In this document: positions 32,056 through 47,398 of the stretch, in pieces
Layout: each line of letters opens with the position of its first letter
Numbering within the stretch: position 1 is the first letter of the stretch
Made by a program: the position numbers and the translations under genes
DNA from: the human T2T-CHM13v2.0 reference genome, Homo sapiens
Length of the DNA stretch: 64,000 bases
NCBI RefSeq assembly: GCF_009914755.1
Contig: NC_060931.1
Direction: 5' to 3' (one strand)
Notes under the pieces: model-generated
What the model was told of the DNA's origin: nothing
What the model saw: the letters and a program-made list of their open reading frames with translations, nothing else
Database searches by the model: none

Positions 32056-32439
32056 TAAAAGAGTAAATTTTCAAAGAACATGATCCTAAAACTGCCTTTA
32101 GCATGATTTTTTATTAAGAACATTGACCTGGTTTATAACCAACTAAAGGAATGACAGTTTAGGCTCAGATGTTTTTAGAAACTGCACATAACTTTTATCC
32201 TGGAAACATGTAGTGAACCCTGATTGTACTACGTATGTATTTTTCTTCTCACCATTGCCTTCCCAGGGATACGGCTAGTAGCATTCTAAAGAAAATTGTA
32301 TTATTGCTCTGCCTTGTAAAGTCAACTGCTTACAGTTGAAGGATTCATACCCAGTGGTTTTAAGACTTACTCCCTGACACACCAAGAAGTAAGGAAAAAA
32401 TTTTACTCAGGTCCTCATGTGAGCCATGAGATGTTAAGG

Positions 32440-32620
32440 GAGTATAGTATGTAGGTTAAACCTGGGGCTCTGAGGTCAATCTTACTGAGTTTGAACCCCA
32501 GGTCTACCACTTACTTCTCTGCAGTAAAATGGGTGGTAAAAGTCCTCCCACTTGGGGTTGGAGGGAACATTAAATGAGATATTGCATGCATGGGGCCTTG
32601 TCCATTGTAAGTGCTAGCCA
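32440..32620 (+). mobile_element. MIR SINE
   Basis: GGGGCTCTGAGGTC…GAGTTTGAACCCCAGGTCTACCACTTACT…GTAAAATGGG…ATTAAATGAGAT. Confidence 0.7.
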
Positions 32621-35600
32621 TTGACAAAGAACCTCTGAAAGCACTCTTCATACAACCCCCTTTGCTGGGAAAAAGGTTTCATCTACCAAATCTCCTAGGA
32701 AAGTTGAATTGCTTCTTGTCTACTTTTCTGATATTTTGTAAGTAACAACTCCTAATAAAACAATTTACCTGAGCAAATGGGTACTATGTTAGAAGACTAA
32801 ATCCTTTCTGTATTCTAGGGGTCATATGAACATTAGCAATGTTTTAACTGAAATGCCTGGGAGAAGGACTAAGTTACTCTGGTAAGAATATAAAAGAGGT
32901 GTGTTTTGTCAGGGTGAATATCACATTGCAAACATGGCTGTCTGCTTGCATTGCTACTGAGGGCTGACACTAAAAGCAATATTACTGTTCTAAAGCTCAT
33001 TAGTTTTCTTAAAAATACCATCAATCAAGCTCGGTGAGAAAGAGGAAGAGATGATTCTGCCAGATGTGTTTATGTTAACATAATATTGGCCAGAGAAAGC
33101 ACTGTTTCAGAGAAAATGTGAGGCTCAGCCTGGTATCAGTGTCAGAGTTTGAACATGTTTCATGATAGCCTCCACTTGATTAATGGTATTATTTTTGGCA
33201 TAGCAGTCTTGAGCTTCTCACTCACTATGTGCTCAGAGGTCTTCAAATCTCTTTATTAATGAAGAACATGATTTAACTAGTGCAAAAATGGAACCCCAAA
33301 ACACAGAGGCTTAAATAATATAACACTATATTTCTTTCTCACATAAAAGTTTAAAAGTGAAGAGTCCAGGACTAATGGGGTACACTTGATACTCTCAACA
33401 TGAATTCCAGATGGGGTCCAAGGCAGCAGATCCAATGCATACTACTTCTGCCAGCAGTGAAAGGAAAGAGGAGAAACAAACAACTTCTGTTGTAGGAAAT
33501 ATTCCTCATGTAATTTCTGCTTATGTTTTAATTAGCCTGAGAGAAACCAAATCTCTCTACCTAGCTGCAAGGGAGTCTAGCTTATTGTCTGTGTGTCCAG
33601 CTGTAAGTGACATGATTCCATTATTGCAAGGAAGAGAGAGCAAATGAAAATTGGGGATGAGCATCAACTTCTAGTACAGGTTCCTCACACAAAGTCAATA
33701 ATTTAGTTTCTATTGCATTCATACTTGCTTTGCTCAATAAACTTTTTCTATGAACCATTCTAGCTATAATTGTCACCATGGGAAAATCCATTTCTTGTAC
33801 TTATTTTCCTCTTTACACTTTTGCTATTGGTGGTACCTTTCCCTAAATCATATTTAGCTCTCAAAATCCTATCTTTTTTAAGACTGTGAAGGCTTATGTC
33901 TAGGTGTGCAATAATCCAGGACCTTGCCTTAAAGGAAAACAATATAGAAGTAAAGTAAGCCAAATGGGACCTGTTTACTAGGGCAAAGAGCTGGAAGCCA
34001 CCACAGTCAGGGCAGTCAGACAACCCAACAGGCTAAACAAATATCAGGATCTTCTTAACTAGCAGGGCATAGCTTTAGGTAAGCTCAACATTTTGGCTAT
34101 GTCTAGTTAAAAACTAACACAGAGTGTTAGAATAATTAGATTTTTCCCTTAGAAAATGAGCCCAAGAAAATATTTAGAGGGAGTGGGTAAAAGAATGTGT
34201 AACACTGTAATTTCTTTACTTTCTGGGACAGCCAAGAAAGTAAGCTGCTTGGGACTCTACAAATAGTAGAGTCAGCTTATGGACTCTATTAAGACTTTCC
34301 CAGGGCAACATTGTGATTGGATGTGGTGAGAATACTTGATCCTGGCCATGCCTCTCTTTTTTCTCTCCTCCCAACTTTATAGAGGTATAATTGGTATATA
34401 AAAACTGCACATAAGTAATGTATACAATTTATGAGTTTGGACATATGTATGCATTCATGTTACCATTACCACAATCAATGCAATAAACAAATTCATAGCC
34501 TCCAAAAGTTTTTTAATCTCCCTGTTTTTTTTGGTGGTAAAAATACTGGACATGAGATTGAGATTGACCATTTTAAAAAATTTCTAAGTGCACAATATTT
34601 GTTCTTAATTATAGGCATTATGTTGTACAGAAGATCTCTGGAAGTACTTATCTTGTATAGTCTAACTGTAACTTCATACCCATTGAACAACATCTTCCCA
34701 TATCCCCCTCTTCTCAGCTCCACCATTCTATTGTCTGCTTCTATATGTTTGACATTTTAGATGCCTCAAACAAGAGGAATCATGTAGTATATGTCTTCTA
34801 CATGTGGTTTCTTTCACTTAGCATTAATGTCCTCCAGGTTCATGGATATTGTCACATATGGTAAGATTTCCTTCTTTTCCAAGGCTGAATAATATTCTAT
34901 TGAATACATATATACATGTTTTCTATATTGTCTCATCCATTGATGGGCATTCAGGTTGTTTCCATATCTTGGCCATTGTGGATAAGGCTGCAATGAATAT
35001 GGGTGTGTAGATATCCCTTAAAGATTCTGATTTCAATAATCTTGGAAATATATCTGGAAAGGGAGTATAGGCTAGATCATATGGTTTTTCTATTATTAAT
35101 TTTTTGAGGAACCTGCACACTGCTTTTTGTCATGACTGTACCATTTTATATTCCCACTATCAGTGTACAAAGGTTCCAACTTCTCCACAACGTTGCCAAC
35201 ACTTGTTATCTTTTGTTTTGTTTTTTTTTAATAATAGCCATGCTAATAGGTGTGAGATGATATCTCATTGTGGTTTTGAAGTACATTTCCGCGATAATTA
35301 GTGATGTTGAGCAAATTCTCATGTACCTGTTTGCCATCTGGATGTCTCTTTGGGAGAAATGTCCATTCAAGTCCTTGCCCATTTTTTGAGTCAGGTTGGT
35401 TTGTTGTTGTTGTTGTTGAGTTTTAGGAGTTCCCTATATATTTTGGAAATTAATTCTTTATTATATACACACTTTACAAATTTTCTACCATCCCATAGGT
35501 TGCCCTTTCACCCTGTTGATTGTTTCCTTTACTGTGCAAACTATTTTAAGTTTGATGTAGTATCACTTATCTATTTTTGCTTTTGTTGCCTGTGTTTTGG

Positions 35601-36299
35601 GTGTCATATCCAAGACATCATTGTCAAGACCAATGTGAAGATGATGTTTCCCTATTTTTTATAGAAGTTTTACTGCTTCGGATCTTATGTTAAAATCTTT
35701 AATTCATTTGAGTTAATTTTTATGTGTGGTATAAAATAAGAATCTAATTTTGTTCTTTTGTATATAGATAAGTAGTTTTCCCAACACCAATTATTGAAGA
35801 AACTATCATCCTTTCCCCATTGTGCATTCATGGCATCCTTGTTGAAAATCAGTTGACCATACATGAGTGAGTTTATTTCTGGGCTTTCTATTTTGTTCCA
35901 TTGGTCTGTATGGCTGTTTTATACCAGTAGCATATTGCTTTGAATATTGTAGCTTTATCATATATTTTGGAATCTGGAAGTGTGACACCTCCAGCCTTAT
36001 TCTCATTCAAAATTGCTTTGGCTATTCTGAGTCTTTTGTGGTTTCATATGAATTTTAGGATTGTTTTTGTCTGTTTCCATTAGAAGTGTCTTTGGGATTT
36101 CGATAGGGCTTGTAATGAATCTAAAGATTACTCTGACTTATATAGATAGTTTAACAGTATTAATTCTTCCAATCTATGAGCATTGGAGGTCTTTCCATTT
36201 ATTTGTTTCTACTTCAGTTTCTTTTATCAGTGCTTTATAGTTTTCAGTATACAAGCCTTCCACCTTCTTGGTTATGTGTAATCCTAAGTATTTTCTTTC

Positions 36300-36449
36300 T
36301 TTTTTGTTTTCCAACTTTATTGAAGTATAGATAACAAAATTGTACATATTTAAAGTGTACAATTTAATGATTTAATATATATATATATATACATTGTAAA
36401 ATACGCACCACAATCAGGCTTATTAACATATTTATCACCTCACATAGTT

Positions 36450-36491
<42 letters not shown>

Positions 36492-36620
36492 ATGCTGAGA
36501 ACACTTATCACCTACTCTTTGCAAATTTTAAATATAAAATACAATATTTTTAACTATAGTCACATTATTATACATCAGACTTCCAAAATTTACTCGACTT
36601 GCATAACCGAAATTGTATTT
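36300..36620 (-). mobile_element. Short second L1MA 3'-end fragment nested in the L1MA, containing (TA)n and (TG)n
   Basis: New 3' terminus CCAACTTTATTGAAGTATAG; ATCACCTCACATAGTTACC motif; host ORF2 resumes at ~36640. Confidence 0.7.
36453..36486. repeat. (TG)17 microsatellite
   Basis: Read directly. Confidence 0.92.
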
Positions 36621-37585
36621 TTTTGCATTATTTTATTATATTCCTTTTGATGCTGTCGTAACTGTGATTGTGTTAATTTCTTTTTCATATAGCTTTTTGT
36701 TGGTGTATATAAACACACTGGATTTTGGTGTGTTGATTTTATTTCTTATAACTTTAGTGAATTTATTACTTCTAATAATTCATTTTCTGTGGATTTTTAG
36801 AGATTTCTACATATGAGATCATGCGATCTGCAAGCAGAGATAATTTTTCTTCTTCCTTTTTGATTTATATGAATGACTTTTGTTTTACTTGCCTAATTGT
36901 TCTATCCAGAATTTCCAGTATAAGATTGAATAGAGGTGGTGAGAGTGAGCATTCTTGCCTTGCTCCAGATCTTAGAGGAAAAGGTTTGACGTTTTCACTG
37001 TTGAGTATGATGTTAGCTGTGGACTTTGTGTATATGGCCTTTATTGTATTGAGATAAGTCCCTTCTCTACGTAATTTATTGAGAATTTTTATCATGAGAG
37101 GGTAGGCTAAAGTCCCTACTGGATACTTGAGACTTTGTTTGAGGTACATCACAGTCAGAGACCCTTCTTCTGACATATTCTTTGCCACCTCTGTTCCTCT
37201 CATAAGTGTCAGAACTGTATCATGCTCTTAAGGTATTTATCTGGCCACCTCTCCTCACTCTTTCCTTTATCTTTTATAAGCATTCCTTTCAATCATGCTT
37301 TTGCAATTATGATTCCATCCTGGTGTCTACTTTCTGAAGAACCTGCACTGACTCCACTCCTATTGAAGTTTTCAAGAACTAGTTATGGAAGGATGTCTGA
37401 GAACGCATTCTATGGCATAGGGAAGATACTCCTATCTGATGCAAAGTCTTAGCATAAGGGATTCCTGAGAAAGAAGAATATTGTATAGGTTAAGAAAAGA
37501 AAATCCCATTCTTTATGGCCTGGGGAATTGTGAACAGAATATAGATGTAGGACAGGCAAAGTGGCAGGAGCATACATGAACATTC

Positions 37586-38035
37586 TGTTGGGAGAGTCAA
37601 TCCATTATGGGAAATGAATATTCCTGCGTATTCTTGCAGGATGTTGCAAGAATGTAAACACTAATATACAGTTACTTGGGCCACCTCTCAGCATTATATT
37701 GGCTGCAAGAAATCTAGAAAGATGATATGAACTATTTCTACAGAAGAAAGACAAGGTTTAATATAAAAGCAGCAGATTCCCCAAGATCAATTTTTATCAG
37801 CTGTGAATCCAATCCATTGTGTGTTCAGTATTTACCTGGGCCATTTTTTTTTCACCTCCATAGAACTTGGGTGACAAGAGAAACCAGTCCCAGCATGATA
37901 CTCATGCTGCTTGTTGTGTTATTATTCCTCTGTGTCTGGTCCAAGAACCTTGTGTCTTCTGACAGCACCTGCATTAGTAATGTAACAGGCTAGCTTAATA
38001 ACTTCTAAGTAGAGCAAAATCCTAGGTATTGATCA
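37586..38035 (+). mobile_element. ERVL solo LTR (MER54/MER74-like)
   Basis: TGTTGGGAGA start; GTGTCTTCTGACAGCA…CAGGCTAGCTT…AAGTAGAGCAAAATC 3' motifs. Confidence 0.6.
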
Positions 38036-40639
38036 TTCTCCCTCTCCATTGCTTCACAGCCCCAAGCCATAAAAAATGAGCAATTAGGAGATGTTCCTGC
38101 AGGTAGAAGAACCCACATCTCATATAAAAGAAACGGAGACGGCTGCCTTATAAATGATCCATACATCAACTTGGGACTAGGTCTCATTAAAGAAACCTAG
38201 TGGCACAGGGAGAGGTTAAGTGGACAGAGGTCCGGACATTAACTCGTAAAATGCACATGATTTTCCATGAATTGAAGAAAATTACCAGAAATTCTTGTGC
38301 CCTCTGTGGAGAAAAGTAAAAGGAAGCCAAAGATACTGGCAGTTAACTCATCAGAAAAGGCAATGTAGTACTACAAGTAGACTCTCTGGGCTGAACATTG
38401 AGTGAGGGGCATAGACAGATATTAGAGTAACTTACTACCAGAGATTTTGGGGGTTGAGTCATCAAGATCTTGAGAGAAAATGTTTGGCATTGTAATTCAG
38501 CTGAAGATTCTGGGATCCCAAGGGCACCCTAAGGCATGACTTGGAAACGAAGATACAGTCATTCACAATGACACATGATCACGTAAGTCTTCCTTCCCAC
38601 ATATCCCTGGGTGCTCCTGAGAGAATTTGGGTCGAGATAGCACTTGTGAGCATTAGTGAGCAAAAGGGATTGAGGCCAAACTGAAAGGACTGTCAAAGTC
38701 ATGTCATCATACTAAATTGTAATCAAAAGTGCTAAAAAGTGTTTTTCCTAATATCTAGGTTCTGGAAGCTTGTTAAAAAGACCCAGGCATTGACATAGAC
38801 AGTAAATAATCACGTTTTCTCTGCTTGTCTGCACTGCCATGTGAGTGGATTTGTGTCTCTATCTTATAACATGCCAGGAGATGAGGATCACAAGGTAAAA
38901 AAGTAAAATCAGCTTAATTTAATCAGTGAGTTTTCTCAGTTTGTGCATAGCATAGAACACATGAGAGGTAATGCAGGAGCCTTGAATGTCAGCAAAGAAG
39001 TTTTGGTTTCATTCAGTACAAAAAGTAGAGCTTTTGGAGGGTTTTTTTAAGGATAATTAGTAATAGAATTTGAAGAAGTTTCCTCAATTAAAAATATATC
39101 TATACTTACATATGCCAAAAGGATTAGAAGAAGAATTACATGAGGCAGGAGATTGCTATTAAAAGCCTGCATTGAGGCAGTCCTTTGGTGCAGAAATAAT
39201 TTTTTACATAATGCAAAGAAAGCCTTGTACTCTATGGAATATAATATCTACCACATGCCTCAAAGTTAGATAATGAAGAAATATATGTAGCATAACAAAT
39301 AGTGATCTCCTCAATAAAGTGCGTTCATTTCTCATTTATGGATTCTCTGAAAACATTCTGTAGTATTCTTCTGCTATTTTGGGCTATATCATAAAATGTG
39401 GCAAGATGAATGAAGTTTTAAAGTTTCCTGTTTAGAAATGCTTTGACTGCTTGTCTACGTATAGAATGTGACAAACTGGAATAAATTTACAGTGTTCCAA
39501 TGTGTGTATTCTACAAATGGAATTAATTAATTGAAGAAATGAGACATTCTCACATTTAAAAATAAACTCTAATTTTCAGTTTTCTACCAAGAATATACCT
39601 GCAATAACACTCCTGATGGAATAACAATGATAGAATAAACTTCCACTGATGCACAACTTTTACAAATGAGTTTATATTTGACATATTATTCTAGTCATTA
39701 TAATACACAGGTTAATAAAGCATATACTAACCAAATAAGAATTTCAAATTGTTGAAGATGACATTGCAGTAAAATATATTAGCATTAAGATTAGTTTGCG
39801 TATAATTAAATCTTTGGGAATTTAGATGACATTTTATGATGATATAACATAGGAAATCCTTCAAACCCACGCCCAAAGGAGTAAGTTGCATTCCTTTGCA
39901 AAATAGTCTAACTCAAAAGGTACTACCCCTAAGAAAATAATGTTATAAACAGCTATTGGATTACTTTGAGAGCCCGTAAGAACCTTTTTAGCTGATATGT
40001 CCCTGAAATACTTCACCTATAGTAACTAGCTTTCTATGAGTGGAGGCCTCAAATGCAGAAAGAAGAAGGCATTGGAATCAGAGAACTCAGGAAGTGGACA
40101 ATAGGAGACATAAAGGGGCTCTATAAAGCACATTTAAATTGTACCCCTTTTTCCTGAATAAAGGGCAAACGAAACATAAGGAACATTGTATAATATCCTT
40201 GTATTAACTCCTAGTTTCTTTTTCCTTACCCCTAGGAGCACCTTTCTCCTTTGTTACTGTCAATGTCTCAACCTAGGCCTTAATTTTCCCTAAAAGTGTT
40301 CTATTCTAAAAGACCAAACACCTATTTATAATTTTCCTCTACTTGTCCCCTCTGCCGCAATCCCCAATCAAAAATGTCCTTTTAGTAGTTCAGGTGGCCC
40401 CGGCTGTTAGCTTGATCTAACTGATACTGCTTGTATGAATTCCAGCCCACCCAATTCTTAAGTCATTCGCATTTTAAAGAAGTGTGCATAATAAATCAAA
40501 GGCATCATTATTTGATAGAATTTTAAAAACTAGAGCAAAAGGCTTTCATATTTTCAAAATGTTTCACATTTTGGGACAGGGATATACCATCAAGTGTGGG
40601 AGTTTAGCCTGGTTCAGCCAACCTAACTTTTTTTTTTTA

Positions 40640-42180
<1,541 letters not shown>

Positions 42181-42779
42181 AAAGAAAAGGTAATTTGGTC
42201 TCCATACTAAAGTGTTGGATTTTTCTGCAGAAGATATTTGAACATGGTCTTTTCATTGAAATCCCATTTTAAAGGATGAAACATTGTTATAAATGGTATG
42301 TGTTTCAAAATCATCTGGTCCAACCACCTCATTTTACATGTTTGGAAGCTGAAACATATTTTACATGTTTGGAAGCAAAGAAACGAAGAGGTTTTTCTAG
42401 TTCTATCAAAATGAGAACTAGAGCTCTGATCTTCTGGCTCAGGCCAGGGCTCCTTTCAGACATTCTGGAGATTTTGCTTTGTAGTCCATGAGACTAAATT
42501 TCCTAACAGTGACAGGAACAGATGTTCTAAGAGTGCTCCTGAAGTGTCCCCACTTTTGCCATCTGTTCTTCAAAGATTGCACAACAAGAAAAAAATGTAC
42601 TCTCTTTTTATGTCTTGTAAAATGTAACTGAATATTCTTTGTGGTCTTCATATTTTTCCCATTTTGTTGTAATTATTTATAATGAATCTATCCATGATTA
42701 ACCTATCCTCAGAAAGCATTCTCAAATATGACTTTCTCATAAACTATTGTAGCAGAATTTCAAACATGTAGAATGCACC

Positions 42780-42810
<31 letters not shown>

Positions 42811-44034
42811 TGATTTTTTAACATTGTCTGAGTATAGTATTTGGTCAAAACTTGGATTCTTAGGTTGGGAGTTAATTTTCTAAATTTTCATTTCAGGAAG
42901 TAGGAAAAGCCTATCCCACACCAGTGTTACTTATTTTAATTTAAATGTTGGTTTTCCACCTACTTTTTGTTACCTCAAAAGATGATGTCTGTAGCTGATC
43001 TTGACGTTTTTCTAACAAACAGCTGTCTCTCCCTCTCTCCCGCTCTCTTTCTTACAGATATACTTTGTCTTCTATTATAAGATTAGAAATGAGCTTTTCC
43101 AGATTTCCTGATAAGGGTATTTACCCAATCCTGGTATGGAAGTCTTGTGGGGCTTTGGTGTGGTTGGGGTAGAGGATGTGCAGATAATCTTAAGTACTAC
43201 CATTTGTACCTGTGTGGGCGTAAAAAGTAGATACCTAGAGCACCTGCCTGAGGACAAAGCCAATTCACAGGACAGCAGAGAGGAGACATGGAAATTACCT
43301 GAGCTTTGGAAAATGTTCTTCTGGTCACCGAATCAACCAGCCCTGAGACTGCCTTCCTTTGGATTTCTAGTGACATTAGGGAATACATATCCTCTTCATT
43401 TAAATAACTTCTTATTGGTATTTTGTTACTTGAATCTAAATGATGTTATCCTCTGACTGATTTGTTCATTCTTCATCCACTCATTCATTTATTCTTTTAT
43501 TCAGCTAAAGCAATGAACTTTATGTTTTCATCCTGGGCTAGAGGAGCAATGAACCAAGATATCTATAGATTGCTATAATGAATGCAAGTTTTCATTCTGA
43601 TTATAGTCACATTCTGAGGCTCTGCTGGGACATATACAATATTTTATGTTAAATTTCATCCCATAAGATGTACAGTGTGTTCTTTACAAGAATGCACAAC
43701 ATTTGATGAACAGAATTGTTTTCTCTTCTCATTCTGCATCTTCTTTTTACCTTTAAAAAGTCATTTAACATCATTGGTCATATGTCTTAATTTATAATGT
43801 GATACATTTTACTAGTACAGTTGTTCTTGACCTTTGGGTCAATTATCCTTTTAATAATTAATAAAAGCTATGGACCTTCAGAATGTCATACATGAGGCTA
43901 CTTTTCATCACTTTTCCCGGGTATTATTATTTACTTAACTTTAGATATCTTGAGATGTTTTGAAATATTTTGTTTGTGGGTTCTAGTATTTCTGTTTATC
44001 CTTAATCTCCCCACCTATCTCTGTGCTTTCTTGT

Positions 44035-44206
44035 GTGTATTAATCTGCTTAGTCTGCTATAACAAAATGTCATAGACTGGGTGCCTTAAACAACAGACAC
44101 ATTTCTCACAGTTGTGGAGGCTGGGAAGTCCAAGATCAAGGTACCAGCAGATTTGGTTCCTGGTGAGGGTCATCTTCCTGGTTTGCAGACGGTAACTTTC
44201 CAGTCT

Positions 44207-44256
<50 letters not shown>

Positions 44257-44455
44257 TCCCTGTCTCTCTCTCCCTCCCTCCCTTCCTCTTCTTATAAAGC
44301 TACTAATCCCATCATGAGGTCCCCATTCTCATGACCTCATCTAACCATAATTACCCTCCCCAAACTCCATCTCCAAATACTACCACATTGGGGGTCAGGA
44401 CTTCAACATGTGAATTAGGGGTGACCAGAGAGATGTGACAGAATTCAGTCTTTAG
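44035..44455 (-). mobile_element. MLT1A-type MaLR LTR containing a (CT)n tract (~44206-44290)
   Basis: GCTATAACAAAA…ATAGACTGGGTG.CTTAAACAACAG…GGAGGCTGGGAAGTCCAAGATCAAGG…CATGACCTCATCTAA. Confidence 0.85.
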
Positions 44456-45211
44456 TACTTTGCCTGTAGCTTTTACTTTTGCGTCCACCTCCTTATCCCT
44501 ACCTCAGGGCTACTAAACTAGAAAAGGCTCTTTGGCTATTCTAGGCTCTAGTACTGAGATGACTTGGGCGTCTCATATTCCAGGGATACCAGGTCATGAA
44601 GAGAAGTGAAGAGGAAAAGGGGGCTAAGTCAGTCCTGGGACCTGCAATGAGTCTGTATCCTAGCCTTAGCTGGCTTTACATGCAGCTCCTATATGACAAA
44701 ACCCCAGGCAATGGTAGGTACCCAGATTTCAGGCTTCTGTATCTGCCCAAAGCAGTGAGAAGTCCTAACATTTCACCTGGCATCTATCATATGTATTCCT
44801 TTCATTGTTCAGGATCTGGGCTTCCTGCTGCCACTATCTTCTGCTGAACACGTGTCCAGATTTATGGCTTCAAGTCCAATCATTGCCTTGCATTTATGTT
44901 CCATTACTGGCTCATAAACCATATCAACCATGCAAAAGTCATGAATGGCTTCAAATAGAGTTATACAAGGATTGAATTTGTGGTAGAAAGATGACTTTGG
45001 CTGCTGGGTAAAGATGGATGAGAAGAAGGCAAATGTAGGGGCAGATTCATAAAGATGTTATGCTTCTATGTTGATCTCTTTCTTTTTTATTAAACTATTT
45101 CTCTTTTTATATACCATTCATTATTGCTACATTATTGCAACTCCTCTGAATCAAAGCCTGGCTTCTAAATGTCATCCTGACCAGGAGTCTCAACATTCAT
45201 AATTAGAAGTC

Positions 45212-45444
45212 CAGTTGATTCTTGAACAATGCAGGTTTGAACTGCAAAGGCACGTCTATATGTGAATTGTTTTCAACCAAATGCATATGGAAAATAAAGT
45301 ATTTATAAGATATGAAACCCACATATACAGAGGCAGGAGACTTTTCTTGTATTTTAATTCACAGGGCTGACCGGAAGACTTGAGTATTCATGAATTTTGG
45401 TATACATGGGAGCCCTGGACCTAATCCCCTGTGTATACCAACTG
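45212..45444. mobile_element. MER8 (TcMar-Tigger2-derived) MITE
   Basis: CAGTTGA(CC)CTTGAACAA…GGTTTGAACTGC…GACTTGAGTAT…TTTTGGTATAC…ACTG-TA. Confidence 0.8.
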
Positions 45445-46469
45445 TATTTCTGAAAGAATAAATGCTTGTATTAAACTACACGGTTGTTGCATTTCATGCA
45501 CTATAAAGTAAAATGAAGATTTGGGATTTTTTTCCAATAAACACTGCAAACATAGTCTCTAAAAACATAATTTAATTTTTATTTATCTGTGTAATAATGG
45601 GATTATTAACATTTCTAGACTTTATACAGTGCCTGGTTCAGTGCCTGGCATACTGTTTTTGAATACAAAGATGGGTGGATACCTTTGTTTCCTTTGAATA
45701 GTAAGCAACAGATTTCTAGTTACCATAACTGTCTCTCTTCTTCCTCTGACTAAAGACTGAAAATGTATCTGAAGAACAGTTTCAATTCGTTCATCAAATA
45801 CTATACTAAAAGTAGGCCTATATTATAAATGAATGCAAGGTTGAAATATGATAAACAACTACCATTAATGTCATTGTCACATCATAAAGCTGCCAGAGAC
45901 ACACTCCATGAGCTGCTGCCAATTTTTTCTTTTAAAACATTGTAACTAATTACTTACCAATACAATAAAATTTGCCTCAGAAACAAAATGCGCCCCCAAA
46001 AGTTTATTTAACACCACACTTCGTTTAAATGGCCTTCCCAAGGTCTTATAAAAATAACAGAGAAAATAGCAATTCAGATACATTAAGCTAGAACTTGAGG
46101 CTTGCAAAAATCGTAAACATTCAATGAGTTACCCTTCTAAAAACTTTCATTTTTCATATCTCTTATCTGGATGATGAAGCTTTGAAAGGAATTTCTGGCT
46201 GCTGGTCCTAGCAACACGAGGTTGCATAAATAAACCCAACTGCTGCAAGGTAATGAAGTTAACAGACTTTTTCCTCTGTAGGAAACTTGGCTTATAAATA
46301 TCCCAGGAAAGAAAACTGAATTCTTTTCTAACTTCTAAAAAAAATCCAAAAAAAACAGTGGTAGTCTGGCATTGTATGTTTACATTTAGGCTTAATATAA
46401 AAAACTTGAGTTCAGTTGGCAAAAACTTAGAAAATGCTCCCCAGACGACACTTGAGAGTTTAGCAAATA

Positions 46470-46475
46470 TTTATT
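46470..46475 (-). terminator. Probable distal poly(A) signal of SEMA3E
   Basis: AATAAA on minus strand, two upstream UGUA (CFIm) motifs at 46510-13 and 46520-23, GU/U-rich element downstream (UGUCGUCUGGGG…UUUUCUAAGUUUUUG). Confidence 0.65.
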
Positions 46476-47072
46476 TCTTTTTCATCGAAGTTGAGCCAAA
46501 TAGAGATTGTACATAATGGTACATAGCGCGTAGTGGCAGATCCACGTTGTAGTCAAAGAGACACACTGTTAATGGTCCCTGCAGCTTGCCACCAGATGCT
46601 AATAAGTCTCATGGCTTAGAATCAGTGAAAAGAAAGAATATGGCACACACTGTTATGAACCCAGCCAAGCAAATAAAAGGATACCATACAGAGAAGAACA
46701 CTCCCATATAGTGCTCTAGCTTATAAGTAAGCCATTTAAACACAAGCAGAACACAATTTATAATGAAAGCCAAAATATAAAGCTATCCTTCCAAGAAAAA
46801 AAAAATAAACATACCAGCTTAAATAACACTGCTACAATCAGCTGAGTGTTTGTGGAAAATCTATTATTTATATCTGATTCAAATGCAACAGTTGTTGGCC
46901 TGAAAAATGAGTCCTTTTTTAAAATGGAACTCAGTGTGACGCTCTGCTGTAAGAAAAAGAGTATGGACTTCTTATTATAAATGTTGCATTTTCTCTTGGA
47001 ATCCAAATATCTATACAATACTAAGTACTTTTCTTAATATGTTTATTAGGCTACAGGTGTCACAGGTCAATT

Positions 47073-47398
<326 letters not shown>

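Larger units (their letters stand above)
34365..37100 (-). mobile_element. L1MA (L1MA9/10-like) 5'-truncated LINE, interrupted at ~36300-36620
   Basis: Antisense L1 3' UTR and ORF2; minus-strand ORFs give NIILNSENVKPFPLRSGARQECSLSPPLFN and IWKQPECPS. Confidence 0.85.
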
